This document shows positions 35,520 to 47,419 of a stretch of 64,000 nucleotides of DNA, one piece after another. Position 1 is the stretch's first letter. Every line of letters begins with the position of its first letter. The DNA lies in assembly GCA_010093605.1 (NCBI GenBank), contig MU004196.1, positions 394,606 to 458,605 of the forward strand. Reading direction: 5' to 3'. The DNA is from Lophium mytilinum. Its lineage: Eukaryota. Below the pieces are notes generated by a model that worked only from the letters and a program-made list of their open reading frames with translations, did no database searches and had not been told where the DNA came from. A program made the position numbers and the translations under genes.

Positions 35520-38500
35520 ATGTCGTTTGCAGTCAACATGGCCAGCTCCCATTACACTAATATATGGGCGGGTCTCTTCTTTCTCCTGCTGGTACCCGTT
35601 TCTGCGCAGTTACCATACAATCCAACGCGCATACTTCGGAATAGCTCCTCGCTATACATATTCCAACCCGCATCGAACGCGCAATTCCAACTCGACATAC
35701 TGGACCTCTCCACTACGCTTCAGTCTTCCAATCTAAACCCCAAGACGCTCTACTCCTCTTTGCCTTTCCTCGATTCCGATATCGCAAAGGCCTTCACCCC
35801 GGTACTCGACCATGGGGGGAACATTACCGTTTACACTGGAAGTTGCGCTGCAGGTGCTGAAGGGGCAGAGCTTTGGACTTTCACGCCGGACCACTCAGAT
35901 GCGAACGGCAATGGTAGTTGGAAGCAAGAGCAGATATCGCCGAAAGATGTGGGAGGCCATAATGCGGTCACTGGCCCCAACTTCCTCAATGGCGGGGTAT
36001 CCTTCTCCAGTCTAGTCCAGAGCAATGCTTCGAACGTGGGCGCATACTTCTTCGGGGGTATGTGTCCCTTCGAAGATGCAACACAAGATGTGTGGATGTC
36101 ATCTGCCAATTATTCCAACCTCATGGTCAACATCGATCCAACTTCTACGGACAAGAGCATCGGCTACCAAATTGGCATCTCTACAAGTCGAGGGCCCCCT
36201 ATACCTGAAGCAGGCTTCACTATGACCGGATTGGAGCCTAGCTATTGGAACGACACAGAAGGCGCCGAGACACAGCAGCAAGATTTTGTGCTGGTCGGAG
36301 GCCACACCAGTCAAGCCTTCATCAACATGTCACAAGTCGCGCTATTCTCATTGCCTCAAGAGAGCTGGACTTTCTTACCCATCGAACAACCAAACACAGA
36401 GCGGACCGACCTTGCCATCAGAACTGGTGTCACAGAAATTGATCCGCGATCTGGACATACCGCGGTGCTTACTCCGGATGGACAACGAATTGTGGTCTTC
36501 GGTGGATGGGTTGGAGATACTAGCACGCCAGCTGACCCCCAGCTCGCGGTCCTCGAAGTAGGCGAAGGGTATGGAGGTCAAGGTGTGTGGGAATGGAGCG
36601 CACCCGCTACGCCTGGTCCTAATCTTGCAAATGATGCGGGCATATATGGCCATGGCGCGGTCATGCTTCCCGGAGGTGTGATGATGATAGCAGGCGGTTA
36701 CTCAATTCCTGCCTCATCGAACTCACGCCGCAAGCGCGCAAACGTTGCCGAAGCCGCAAACAAACAGACTTATTTTCTCAACACAACATCAAACACATGG
36801 ATTACCGAGTACTCTCCTCCAGCTGACAGTCTTGAAATGCCAGCAGAGCAGAGTACTGGTCCCCTTTCCAAGACCTCGCAGAAGGCTGGCCTTGGCGTTG
36901 GAATTGGCATTGGTTGCGCAGCTGTTTTTGGCTTATTGGTGTTCTATCTTTGGTATAGTCGACGGCTTCAGAAGCAACGCGACTTCCGAGAGAAAGATCT
37001 GAGGGAGTTGGCTCTTGGTGCTCATCGCTACAACGTTGAAGGAGTCACTCCGGGTGGGACTGACAGGCGAGGTGGGAGCATGGAAGCAGGCGACTATCTT
37101 GATACGACCAGTCATGGTCCATACCCAATAGGCGGTGCTCGATCACAAAGCTGGAGGGGCTCAAGAAATCAAGAAGCTGAGCGTACAGGCCTACTAGTGG
37201 AAATACCAAGCCCCACGAGAGGCCTTCGTCGAAGTTTGTCCGGACGCGGAAACCATCACCTTATCCCTAGATACGACGAGAGACGAGTGCAAGGATCTGG
37301 TGATATCCATCCTATTGACGAGCTGGAAGAGGAGGAGCAGGACGTTACTCATAAAGCACCAAATATGAGCGAGCGGGCAGCTCTAAACCCACTCAAAACA
37401 TCCGCATTCGCCAATGCTCCAACTCTAGATCCATTTACCGATCCAAATCCTCTCAGCAGTCATCCAGTCTCTGGGCTCACTCGAGATCTCCTCACTCAAT
37501 CTGCTCCACCTTCTCCAGAACATGAGAACGGGGAGCACCCTCGAGCTTGGTCACCAGATTGGGATCTTGCTGCCAATGCGCTTCTAGCTCGAGGCCCTAC
37601 TTCCTACACTGGCCGAGTTTCTCCAGACAAATCGGACCGGACGGGCTCGAATCTCAGCGAGCGAAGTACGCGTTCAAACCTGTCTTCGCGCTCCACTGGA
37701 GCAGGAAGCGTAGTTCGAAGCGTCTCCATTCGCTCAGCAGCTCTTTTGAACACCATGTCCAACCCGTTCACAACACCAGAGAACAGCCCCACCCGTGAGA
37801 AGCATCATCGACAGAGCGGTGGCTGGCAGAGTGCACAAGATCCCCGTACCCGGTCATTCACGAGCACGCGACCAAGTACCGCGAACGGTGATGCAGACTC
37901 TTTCATCACCGCGCGATCCAATTTCGGCCAACTCCAGGCCGAAGGCGAAGCGCTTCTCGGTGGTCGTCCCGACACATCATACGAGTCCTCCTCAGGGTCT
38001 GTCGCCGGCTCAAACGGATACCTAGAATCATCTACCGCAACAACTACAGTGTTAACTGGAGCTACATCTATGGACTCTCGCCCCACCCGCGAACGGCGGA
38101 AGAGCTGGCTCGGGAGCGTGCGCCGTGCTCTTGCTCGCTCAGCTGCAACTTCACCTCCAGAAGACCGCACTAAAAGCTTAACCACTACCGCTCCGTACAG
38201 CGACTGGACGGCTACCTCACCTACTACACCCGGTCGTACCAGTCTTACTCGTAGTACCGCACCACCGCGTCGCGCAGCCTCCGACGCTAGCTTCTGGCGC
38301 TCGAAACGCGGCGCTCGTGACTGGGATATCGACATCGACGGCCCGTCTGAAGAAGGTAGGCCTAGATGGCGGCGCAACAGTGGTGATGATTGGGGTGCAC
38401 CAGAGGATGAGGAAGCCAGACAGAAGGAGCAGCAGGAGGCAGAGATGGATTGGGATGTGGAAGCAGCGGTAGAGGCAAGGGTCGTTCAGGTCAGCTTCAC

Positions 38501-38795
38501 AGTTCCACGCACGAGGCTACGGGTTGTCAATGCGGATGACGCAGCGAGTATGAGAAGTGTGAGTGCGCTGAGCAGACTGGGAAGTGTCCGGAGTAAGAAG
38601 AGCGTAGAGAGGAGCGGAGGAAGCCGCGAGGACGTGAAAGAGGGCATTTCGGAAGTCTTGAACGAAGATTCTACGGACACAGTTTTAAGGACAGTGTCTC
38701 CGCCTCCATCGCCACCAAGATCTCCCCCTCGCCCAATTGGCAGCCCGGGCTCAAAGGTCGCGGAACGTGTAAAGATGTTCGAAGGGGGTTTGTAG
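35520..38795 (+). CDS. Single-pass membrane protein with Kelch/galactose-oxidase beta-propeller ectodomain and long disordered tail
   Basis: Signal peptide; Kelch-like FFGG, LVGG, RSGHTAVL, VFGGW and YGHGAV; transmembrane segment GLGVGIGIGCAAVFGLLVFYLWY followed by basic residues. Confidence 0.85.
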   Translation: MSFAVNMASSHYTNIWAGLFFLLLVPVSAQLPYNPTRILRNSSSLYIFQPASNAQFQLDILDLSTTLQSSNLNPKTLYSSLPFLDSDIAKAFTPVLDHGGNITVYTGSCAAGAEGAELWTFTPDHSDANGNGSWKQEQISPKDVGGHNAVTGPNFLNGGVSFSSLVQSNASNVGAYFFGGMCPFEDATQDVWMSSANYSNLMVNIDPTSTDKSIGYQIGISTSRGPPIPEAGFTMTGLEPSYWNDTEGAETQQQDFVLVGGHTSQAFINMSQVALFSLPQESWTFLPIEQPNTERTDLAIRTGVTEIDPRSGHTAVLTPDGQRIVVFGGWVGDTSTPADPQLAVLEVGEGYGGQGVWEWSAPATPGPNLANDAGIYGHGAVMLPGGVMMIAGGYSIPASSNSRRKRANVAEAANKQTYFLNTTSNTWITEYSPPADSLEMPAEQSTGPLSKTSQKAGLGVGIGIGCAAVFGLLVFYLWYSRRLQKQRDFREKDLRELALGAHRYNVEGVTPGGTDRRGGSMEAGDYLDTTSHGPYPIGGARSQSWRGSRNQEAERTGLLVEIPSPTRGLRRSLSGRGNHHLIPRYDERRVQGSGDIHPIDELEEEEQDVTHKAPNMSERAALNPLKTSAFANAPTLDPFTDPNPLSSHPVSGLTRDLLTQSAPPSPEHENGEHPRAWSPDWDLAANALLARGPTSYTGRVSPDKSDRTGSNLSERSTRSNLSSRSTGAGSVVRSVSIRSAALLNTMSNPFTTPENSPTREKHHRQSGGWQSAQDPRTRSFTSTRPSTANGDADSFITARSNFGQLQAEGEALLGGRPDTSYESSSGSVAGSNGYLESSTATTTVLTGATSMDSRPTRERRKSWLGSVRRALARSAATSPPEDRTKSLTTTAPYSDWTATSPTTPGRTSLTRSTAPPRRAASDASFWRSKRGARDWDIDIDGPSEEGRPRWRRNSGDDWGAPEDEEARQKEQQEAEMDWDVEAAVEARVVQVSFTVPRTRLRVVNADDAASMRSVSALSRLGSVRSKKSVERSGGSREDVKEGISEVLNEDSTDTVLRTVSPPPSPPRSPPRPIGSPGSKVAERVKMFEGGL

Positions 38796-39241
38796 ATAAG
38801 ATTGATGATTAGATCGGCGGCTTTCTTGTAGGGACTTGTAGGGTGGATCTTTGGACCTTCGCTTGGACAGCGGGATGGCGTTTATAGGGGGATACGGTAT
38901 ACCTGGGGTTTTCTGATATGTAGCGTGGTGTTTCAGCGCTGCTGTGGCAGGGTTCCAGACCCAGATCTTGCAATTGAGATATATCTTAACATGATGACTA
39001 TTCTCTGTGATATGCATCCTCTGGATTTCACTATCAAGCCTTGAGTAGAGGAAAGTGGTGCTGCTAAAAAGCTGTTCTAGACGGTGATGGTCACGTGCCC
39101 ATTTGCCAAGCATCTTCAATAGCTTCACCCGAACCGCACTCCGCAACCTCCACACAAGGCGTGAGCTCCCATCGCCGTCTCCTGCCTCAATTGACCCATC
39201 TCAACTACACCCCTCGATCCTGATTGGGAGTCTCCGTCACG

Positions 39242-40063
39242 ATGTCGAACAAGGCCATTGCTGCGACGAAGGTGCGTTGACCCTACCCGATTTCATCCTC
39301 CCTCCGACCGCATCACACTCGTCAACCTCCCCTCCCCTCTCACAGCTATTCCCACCCCCCTAAACCTCCCAACCACTGAAACCCTAATTCTGAAAGCCTC
39401 TCAATAAGCCTGTGACTTCCTCAGCTAACCCATCCTTTCCGCTGCCCAGAAATACACCGTCCAACCCCGCGGCCTCTATGCCTTCATCAACCGCCTCTTC
39501 GCCGTCGACCCCCAGCGCAGCACCGGCGTGCCCATGAACCCGCAATTCCGCAACCCTCCGCCCGGCGCCAACCCGCCCGCCGACTACGACGACCCGACGA
39601 CGGTTCCCGCGGCGGATCTGGCGGACAACCCGTACTGGAAGCGCGACGTGCGACGGCGGTACCCGCAATTGAGCGTGGTGGACCAAGCAGCCAGCGTGGG
39701 ATTGCTGAGTGTGGGGAGCGCGGTCAATGGAAAGGTTGAGCTGATTGGGGAGGCGGGACAGAAGCAGTTGGTCGCGGTGAAGGAGGAGGGGCAGAAGGGC
39801 CTCGCGGCGTTCTTTGAGAAGGAGAAGGGCGTTGCGAAGGATGTTTTGGGCCCGGGGGGGATGCCGCCGCTGCCGAGTGGGGCGTGGGCTGGGTCGGTGG
39901 AGGGGGTTAAGCGGTATGAGATGCTGGAGGAGCAGTCGTACACGGCCGAGTAAGTGATTTTCGTGTTGTTGTCGTGTTGGGGATTTGGAAGGGAGAAAGC
40001 TGTTTTTTTGGTTGATTGTAGGCTAACGGTTGGTATAGTTACCCTTGCAGAACATTCCAGTAG
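39242..40063 (+). CDS. Mitochondrial complex I accessory subunit (Neurospora 21.3 kDa/NUZM-like); 3 exons
   Basis: KYTVQ...FAVDPQRSTGVP...RNPPPG...YDDPTTVPAADLADNPYWKRDVRRRYPQLSVV; modelled introns 39272-39449 and ~39950-40038; ends YPCRTFQ. Confidence 0.88.
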
Positions 40064-40498
40064 AAGGCGCTGAGGATGTGTTTGTGGGTGTGTAGAAAGA
40101 AAGCAGCATAGGACGTGGATGTACATAAGATTGAATATGCTGCTTCTCGTTGAAAACTCCAAGATTAGATTGATATAGCAGTTTTCGTTGATCTGTGTCT
40201 ACCGTGGTCGCCGTATGAAAGTAGTACCCGGCCCAAGGTTGCCACCAACCATTGTCGGCTACCTTGATTCCTTTCCGACATCGTAGAAAAAGGGTTCCCT
40301 AGCTCGCTTTCGTCCCATCTCCTTCCATCCCATCTCCTTCCATCCCAACTTTGCATGTTATGATGCCGCGCGTGGTAGACTTTCCTCGCTCGCGTGGTCG
40401 GCCCACGCGACCCTTTCGCATCTCACCTCTCCTCGCTCTTCATCACCACCCTCATCACCACCACCTGCGCACAACCACAACCCCACCGGCTCCGCACC

Positions 40499-43112
40499 AT
40501 GGCGACGCCGTCTCCGCAGAGGCAAGTCGCGTCGGAACTCGACGTCATCTTCGCCTGCTCTATCTGTCAAGCAACGCTGTCGGAGATCTACGAGAAGCCC
40601 GAAAGCGCACACGGCCTACGCGATGGCCACAGTCCGGTCGATCGCCTAGTCACCAAGCTCTGGCTTACGGACTGCGCTCATCTCACCTGTAGCAAGCACT
40701 TGCCAGGCGGCGGTACGCACCTTGCCCCCTCTTACGCGCTGAAGCGACGTGATGTCTCGTTGCTGACTATGACAGGCGCGCCTTTCCATCCAGCAGACCA
40801 GCAGCCAACGGCGCCATGCCCTCTGTGCCAACAGACCAAGGATGATTCTATGCCGAAGCGACTCTTTGCTATTCGCGGACGTAAAGACTACGATGCCCTA
40901 CTTCCGAAAGTGTGGTTTCAGGTCCCGCCTATCGCGTTGGCTACTAGTACGATAGAAATGGAGGGTCTTCGAGTGAGCGACTTCTCGACAATCTAGTAAT
41001 TACGGCTCACTAATTGGTGCCTTTAGTTTCAATACATGTCGCTTCTCCGATTCAGCACCCAGACGCACCTTAGGCTCAGAGGAACACAGAAGCTATTGGA
41101 GGAGACATTGGCCGGAGCTGAAGGCTTCGAAAAGGCTTTGAATGAGGCGACTGAGGAGATTCTCCGGCTGAGGCAGGACAATGACCAATTGAAGGGCATA
41201 GAGGTTGCGGTGAAGCGATGGGAAGCCCGAACCCCTACTATCAAGCACTACTTGGCCGGCTATACCAAACTCTGCACGTAAGTTTTGACAGCAGCATTCA
41301 TTAGAAGACTAGACTAATCACTTTTTTAGCGAGAACAAGATGCTCCGAGAGAAGCTGAGAGGCGTTGGGTACAACGTCCCGGAAGGACAATACGCGCCGC
41401 CCGGAGAAAATGAAGCCCGGCCTCCGCTGTCGCCAGAAGGTGCTCGGGAGATTCAACAGGACTTAGGCATACTGAACGACGAGACCGTAGTAGCCAAATA
41501 CCGGGGCATCTACGACAAGTACCAGCGTGAGAGCCCTACTTCGGCTAGAATTGTCCATCCTGGCAATGGAAACCAGCACGCGTCGCCGTCGGTACTAGGA
41601 AATTCGACAACGATCGAACGCGCAACAAACCGTAACGACTCATCAGATGCCTTGATCGTCAAAGCTTTTAAACGAAAGAGAATGGATTCGTCGCCTGAAC
41701 TCGGCAGAATGGACAATCGCCAGTATGAAGTTAAGCCTCGAATAGATAGCCGAGATCAAATGCCTCCGCCTCCTAATCGCCTTTCAAAAGTTCAAGAAGA
41801 ATCTGCAAGGAAAGCCCTAGTGAGCCAGAGGGGTGGCTATGGCTATAGTACCGGCCAGACTCAACGTAGTCCCGAGCTTCAGATCTTAGATGGTCGCCGC
41901 TGGCAAAACCTGGTTGGACCGGACCGCGTACAACATGACGAGCACCAGATGCAGGACAGAAGTGCAACCAGCATGCAAAATCTAACAGTCCGCAACAGGT
42001 TACAGGTTCTTCCTTTGCAGCTGTTGAGGCACGTCAAGAGTGATTCAAGACTTCGCGAATCTGCTAGAGCCGGCGTAACCTCACCGTTCAAATCGCCGAT
42101 GAGAGTTCTAGATCGTCCGCCAACCTCGATCCAGCAATACTCTTTCCCGCAGCCGCATGGGGCGTCTTCTCATCACACCGAGGGGCCTTCACGGAACGGG
42201 CCCTGGATCCAGGACCCACGCGCAAGCCCACGGTATGAACAAGTCCACCCATCACAGCACGCGTCATGGGCGCAACCCGTTCATATGAATGACCAGCAAT
42301 CGTATAGCGAGGGCCATCACACGGCATCCCAGCAATACTTTTCACCTAGAAACGCCCCAATACTGAACCGCAACGATTTTAGCACCGCGAAACCACTCAC
42401 TGGAGTGAGCTATACCTCGATAACCAGCGTTCTTGATCCTAGAACTCCTGCGCCGAAGCGGATAATCAATGTCGATATGGCCGATTCCGTCACCAGCCCA
42501 TTTTTCCGTAGCACATGCGTCGATCCTGTCTCAAGCCGGATCCGTCCCGTCCAAGAGCCTCAGATTCTCCGTCCAGCCCTGCCAGATGTGGCGCAAGCAT
42601 ACTCTACAGCTCCAGCTCGATCACGCTTTGGCGAGCCTCGCAGCCTTAACGGCCTTTCGTTCATCAACTCACCACAGAATTCCAACAATATGCCAATATA
42701 CGAAAATCGCGCTCCGATTTCTGATCCAAGACTGACTCAGCCTACTGTTGTCTACCCCAGCCCGCGTGAAAGCCAAGGTTTCTTTACGAGACCCGACTCC
42801 CATCGGTCGAGTTTCTCGCAACGCGACGCTGTCCCGTCTTCTCCAAAGCAATGGTACGGCCAAAAGCTCCAGCCTCTTCCTTCCGCAATGCCTTCAATGA
42901 TGCGTTCTACCGGCCCGAGCCGATCTGCTTCCCGGTCATCTAGTCGATATCCGGGGGACAATGCGCTGCTGTTTACCGGTACCAAGGTTGGAGGAGCTTC
43001 ATCCGTTTCCGGACGCCGTCCTGTAACTCATCAGCGTTCGCTTGCTAGCCTCAACCCACCTCCCCGTGGTATTTTCTCTTCTTATCAGGGCATGAGGAGC
43101 GTTAGGAGGTAA
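40499..43112 (+). CDS. RING/coiled-coil protein with long disordered tail, Zip3/RNF212-like
   Basis: CSIC...LWLTDCAHLTCSKH...CPLC, then LP..WF..PP, FQ and a coiled coil; introns 40713-40775, 40973-41026 and 41278-41329. Confidence 0.7.
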
Positions 43113-44787
43113 ATGTCGTTCCCAACCAATCCCACTTTGTTCTTGATTTTCACCCTTGTTTGCGCTTGATTTTCTTTCCTATTTGCTGTTCGCAGCTGTC
43201 TTTTCCCTGGGCGGTTTTGGATGGGGCCCAATGGCACACGTATTCAGCTCAGATAACAGAGGTCGAGGAAAATAAACATTCTTGGCCTTCTGCGTGTCTG
43301 TTGTTGCATGTGACCTGAAGTCCCTCCGTTGCGTGTATGCGTTGCCAGTATTGCCGTTGCGACGGTCTGAAGTTTGGAATCCGGCTAACGAGATTAGATC
43401 CACGTCTGCTTTCTTGCGGAAGGTAGGCTCCAAGCTCTCTTTGAAGGAGAAAAACCCGGAGGCTAGGTAGGCTGGTTTCGAGTGTGTTGGGTAATGGTTT
43501 GGATGAGGAGTGGGAATTGGCAATTGTAGTTTATAATTGTAATTCTAGGATAGGAATGGGACTTGTGGAGATTGTAATATCCTGGTATCGTAATGAATCG
43601 TGAGGTGGCTTGATTACTTCGGGATGGTTTGGCGGACCGTGAATCCGGAGGGGCGTGTTTCGGATCATTGGGGGGTATGTTTGTGGCACTATATTCAAGG
43701 CATTCGACTAACCTTCTTAGGTCTTCACGGTTATCACAATGTCATTTCGAGGGGCTTGATTTGGCGCGTTGATATTCATTCGTTTGACAGGCTTTGCGAA
43801 TCGACGTTTCGTGTTGAGCATTTCGAGACTGCACGCCACCGTCAGGTATACCCCTGTCTATTCGGACAAATTGATGCTAATGTAACTTTCTAGACATCTG
43901 GAATTGGCGGGTTATGCTGTCCCTTTTGTGCGACCTCCGATTCTGTCGGTGCGCGCAATGCGATGCGATACACCCCCCAATTTATGATGTTGCTAAAGCG
44001 TTCTAGACAGCTTTGAGACGTGTAGGTGCACCGCTGGCCCTACTATCATGTTTCGGCACAGACGTAAAGAGGCACTCGTCGTGATTCTGCTTCCTTACCC
44101 GGACGTTCCTCATTTAGCCTGTGTGGACGAACACCCTATATGACGCGGTCCACTGGAGCGTTTCAAACAGCCTCTAAAGATGTGGAGACACCTCTAAACC
44201 TTATAAGAATTTTAGGGGCGGATGTAATGATACGGGCATCACGAATCAGCTTCGTCTTTTCCAAGTTCTGAACATCTACTGAATCATTTCCGATCTTTTA
44301 AACGACCACCACATCACCACGCTGTTCGCTCCTAATCTCAGCCCCATGATTTATGCATTATGATAGGCATCACGGTTCGATGTTTTGATTCGAAGCCTCT
44401 TCTATACCCTTGTAACACCCCGGCTTACTCCCAACCACCAGCACTATCCGTAAAACGCTATCGCAGTCTTGATTGATTTCGATATAGATGAATGACCTCA
44501 GAGCGATGCACGCCTAAATCTTCTAGAAGCTTTGGATAGATTGCCGAATCTATTGATCCCGGATTCCACCCCCGGATACCCGGTCGTCGATCATGGAGGC
44601 TGTTTCGTGCTCAGTGCGGAGGACCAGCATCCGCGAGGAATTACGATAGGATGTTTGAAGCTTACTGAAACAACTCGTGGTCACTATTGTATAAAGATGC
44701 GGCTCTTCGTCCAGAAACCTTGGTTCTATTAGCTCATACTTCTTCAATTTGACAACGAAGTCTGCCACCAGGCTTCAATTGGTCGAC

Positions 44788-45871
44788 ATGAAGCTTTCTA
44801 CCCTTTTCGTGGCCGCAGGTCTTGCGTCGTCTACTCTAGCGAGAACATTTGCTAGGGCCCCGTATGCGAATACGACGAGGAAGCTGAAGTGGTTTGGTAT
44901 CAATGAGAGTGGTGCTGAGTTTGGCGACACTGTTTTTCCGGGCGTCTATGGGAAGGACTATACGTGGTATGATCTGGACACTATTGATGTAAGTAACACC
45001 AAGATATCAATCTAAGATACTTTACTTTCAAATCCTTCAGCCCCTTACTAATCCTTCCTAGACCTTCATCTCCTCCGGCATGAACATGTTCCGCATCAAC
45101 TTCCTCATGGAACGCCTCATCCCCAACAATCTCACCGGCACCCCCGACCCCACCTACCTCTCCAACCTCACGGCCGTCGTCAACCACATCACGACCGCGG
45201 GCGCCTACGCCATGATCCAGCCGCACAACTACGGCCGCTACTACAGCGACATCATCACCGACGTCGCCGGCTTTAAAGCATGGTGGACGACCGTCGCAAC
45301 CCACTTCGCCAACGACACCATGGTCGTCTTCGACGTCAACAACGAGTTCCACGACATGGACCAAGCCCTCGTGGTGCAGCTCAACCAAGCCGCCATCGAC
45401 GGCATCCGCTCCACCGGCGCGACGAGCCAGTACATCACGCCCGAAGGCAACTCGTGGACCGGCGCGTGGACGTGGACGACCTCAGGAAATAGCGACACGA
45501 TGGGGGCGCTGACGGACCCCGCGGATAAGCTTGTGTACCAAATGCATCAGTATCTCGATAGCGATGGGTCGGGGACGCATGAGGAGTGCGTGTCGGCGAC
45601 TATTTTCAGTGAGAGGTTGAAAGATGCGACGGCGTGGTTGAGGGAGAATAAGAAGGTCGGGCTGATTGGGGAGTTTGCGGGCGGGAATAACACGCAGTGT
45701 GTCGAGGCGCTGAAGGATGGGTTGGGGTATTTGGGGGAGAATGGGGATGTGTGGTGGGGCGCGTTGTGGTGGGCGGCGGGGCCGTGGTGGGCGGATTATA
45801 TGTATAGTATGGAGCCGCCGAGTGGGACGGCGTGGGAGGTTGTTTGGCCGGAGATTAAGGGCTTGATTTAA
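44788..45871 (+). CDS. Secreted GH5 endo-beta-1,4-glucanase without CBM1; 2 exons
   Basis: Signal peptide; [24 protein letters not shown] (acid/base Glu), [17 protein letters not shown] (nucleophile), WWAAGPWW; intron ~44989-45061. Confidence 0.95.
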
Positions 45872-46320
45872 GGAGAGGGGGAGAGAAGGGGTATGGGGGA
45901 TACAGGGTTAGAGTATAGGGGTTTTTGGTAAAGCACTGTTTTCTTATTCTAGGAGACCGTCTTTCTTTTTAGATGGCCCAAAGATGGAAGTGTGGTGCAT
46001 TGGATAGTTGTGCAGATGGTAAAGGAATGGGTGTCTACCTAAAAAGGGGTGCACAGCTTCGGAAACGGGGGTGATGATTAAGCTCGTCCTATAACTAGGC
46101 CGAAGTAGACCTAGAGGCTAGAGCAGTAACCTTATTTCATCCATCCTCGATCCTCAACCCCTCAAATGATCCACTGAAACTGCATGCCAACCACAGGCTT
46201 CTTACAATACACTTCAGATAACAGCAGTCTACAGTACCGGTCAATCAGCACATTCCAGAGCTAAACCCACAAACTCCCACTTCTTTGATACGCCCTCACA
46301 AGGAACGCCCCTGAAGCACT

Positions 46321-47205
46321 ATGGCATCCGATCAAGTCAAAGTCATCGGTGGTGCCGAAACCTTCTGGCTCTACTCCGAAACCAACGGCTACGACTTAAC
46401 CCATCCACCCACACCTGTAGGTCCAAAAGTCTACCATCGAATCTCACTGAAGACGACGGACTCCTGGGCAGTGATCGATCCCAAAAAGACCGCTCTAGTG
46501 ATTATCGACCTGCAAAACTACTTCCTGTCCGCTGCTCTTGGCCGCCCCTCTGATAGCCCTGGCTTGAAGGTGGTCGACCAGTTATTGGAACATGCTATCC
46601 CGGCCTGTAGAAAAGCCGGCATACCAATAGTCTGGCTTCGTTGGGGTCTGACCCAGGAAGATATCGAAGGAATGCCGCCTACGATTCTTCGCGGTTTCGG
46701 ACTGGACGACAACTTCGACAATGAGAGATCGCCGCCTGGTTTGGGGACTGATATTGGACCGATACAGCTCGATGACGGTTCCACGGTCGAAGGCGGCAGA
46801 GTGCTTATGCGTGATCAGTGGAACTCGGAATTTTATGCGCCTTTAGCAAGCAAAGCTGAGGACCATGATATCCGGATCTACAAGAACCGCTTATCCGGAT
46901 TCTGGGGAGGTACTGGGGTGGAGGACGCTCTGAGATCTCGCGGGATCAGAACTTTGATATTTTCTGGTTGCAACACCGATCAATGTGTCGCCACTAGTCT
47001 CACAGACGCGGTTTCGAAGGGTTGGGACTGTCTTTTGCTGAGAGATGGCTGCGCTACTACCAGCCCGAAGTTTGCACAAGATTCTGTTGAGTTCAACATG
47101 GGAGGATGGGGGTTTCTGTTGGACTGTAAGGATCTGGCGGACGGTGTTGATGGAATGCAAAGAGCTGCGCCTGGAGTGCATAAAGATGAAAACGGGGGGG
47201 TTTGA
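46321..47205 (+). CDS. Isochorismatase-family cysteine hydrolase
   Basis: TALVIIDLQNYF, KNRLSGF and GCNTDQCV supply the Asp-Lys-Cys triad. Confidence 0.9.
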   Translation: MASDQVKVIGGAETFWLYSETNGYDLTHPPTPVGPKVYHRISLKTTDSWAVIDPKKTALVIIDLQNYFLSAALGRPSDSPGLKVVDQLLEHAIPACRKAGIPIVWLRWGLTQEDIEGMPPTILRGFGLDDNFDNERSPPGLGTDIGPIQLDDGSTVEGGRVLMRDQWNSEFYAPLASKAEDHDIRIYKNRLSGFWGGTGVEDALRSRGIRTLIFSGCNTDQCVATSLTDAVSKGWDCLLLRDGCATTSPKFAQDSVEFNMGGWGFLLDCKDLADGVDGMQRAAPGVHKDENGGV

Positions 47206-47419
47206 CCCCTGGGACCGTGATGCAGGGCATTGGCGTCAATGAGTCTGCGTTGTTGGGGCTAGCGCATAGCTGAGTATCACAAGGAAATATGGTCTGAAGT
47301 GCTTCCCTTCCAATATCTCCAAAGATGAAGTGAAATTTCTTTTTGAGTGGTTCGCTGCGACGCTAAGCGTAAGGAGAGTTCGTGAAAAGGTAGTGCAGGG
47401 AACAATACGCCACCGTACG

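Noticed and set aside
39272..39449. 178-nt first intron of the complex I subunit gene as a possible snoRNA host
   Set aside because: C-rich, with no convincing box C/D or H/ACA elements; a micro-exon cannot be excluded.
40313..40347. 15-bp tandem duplication TCCCATCTCCTTCCA
   Set aside because: Simple slippage repeat with about two copies and no functional context.
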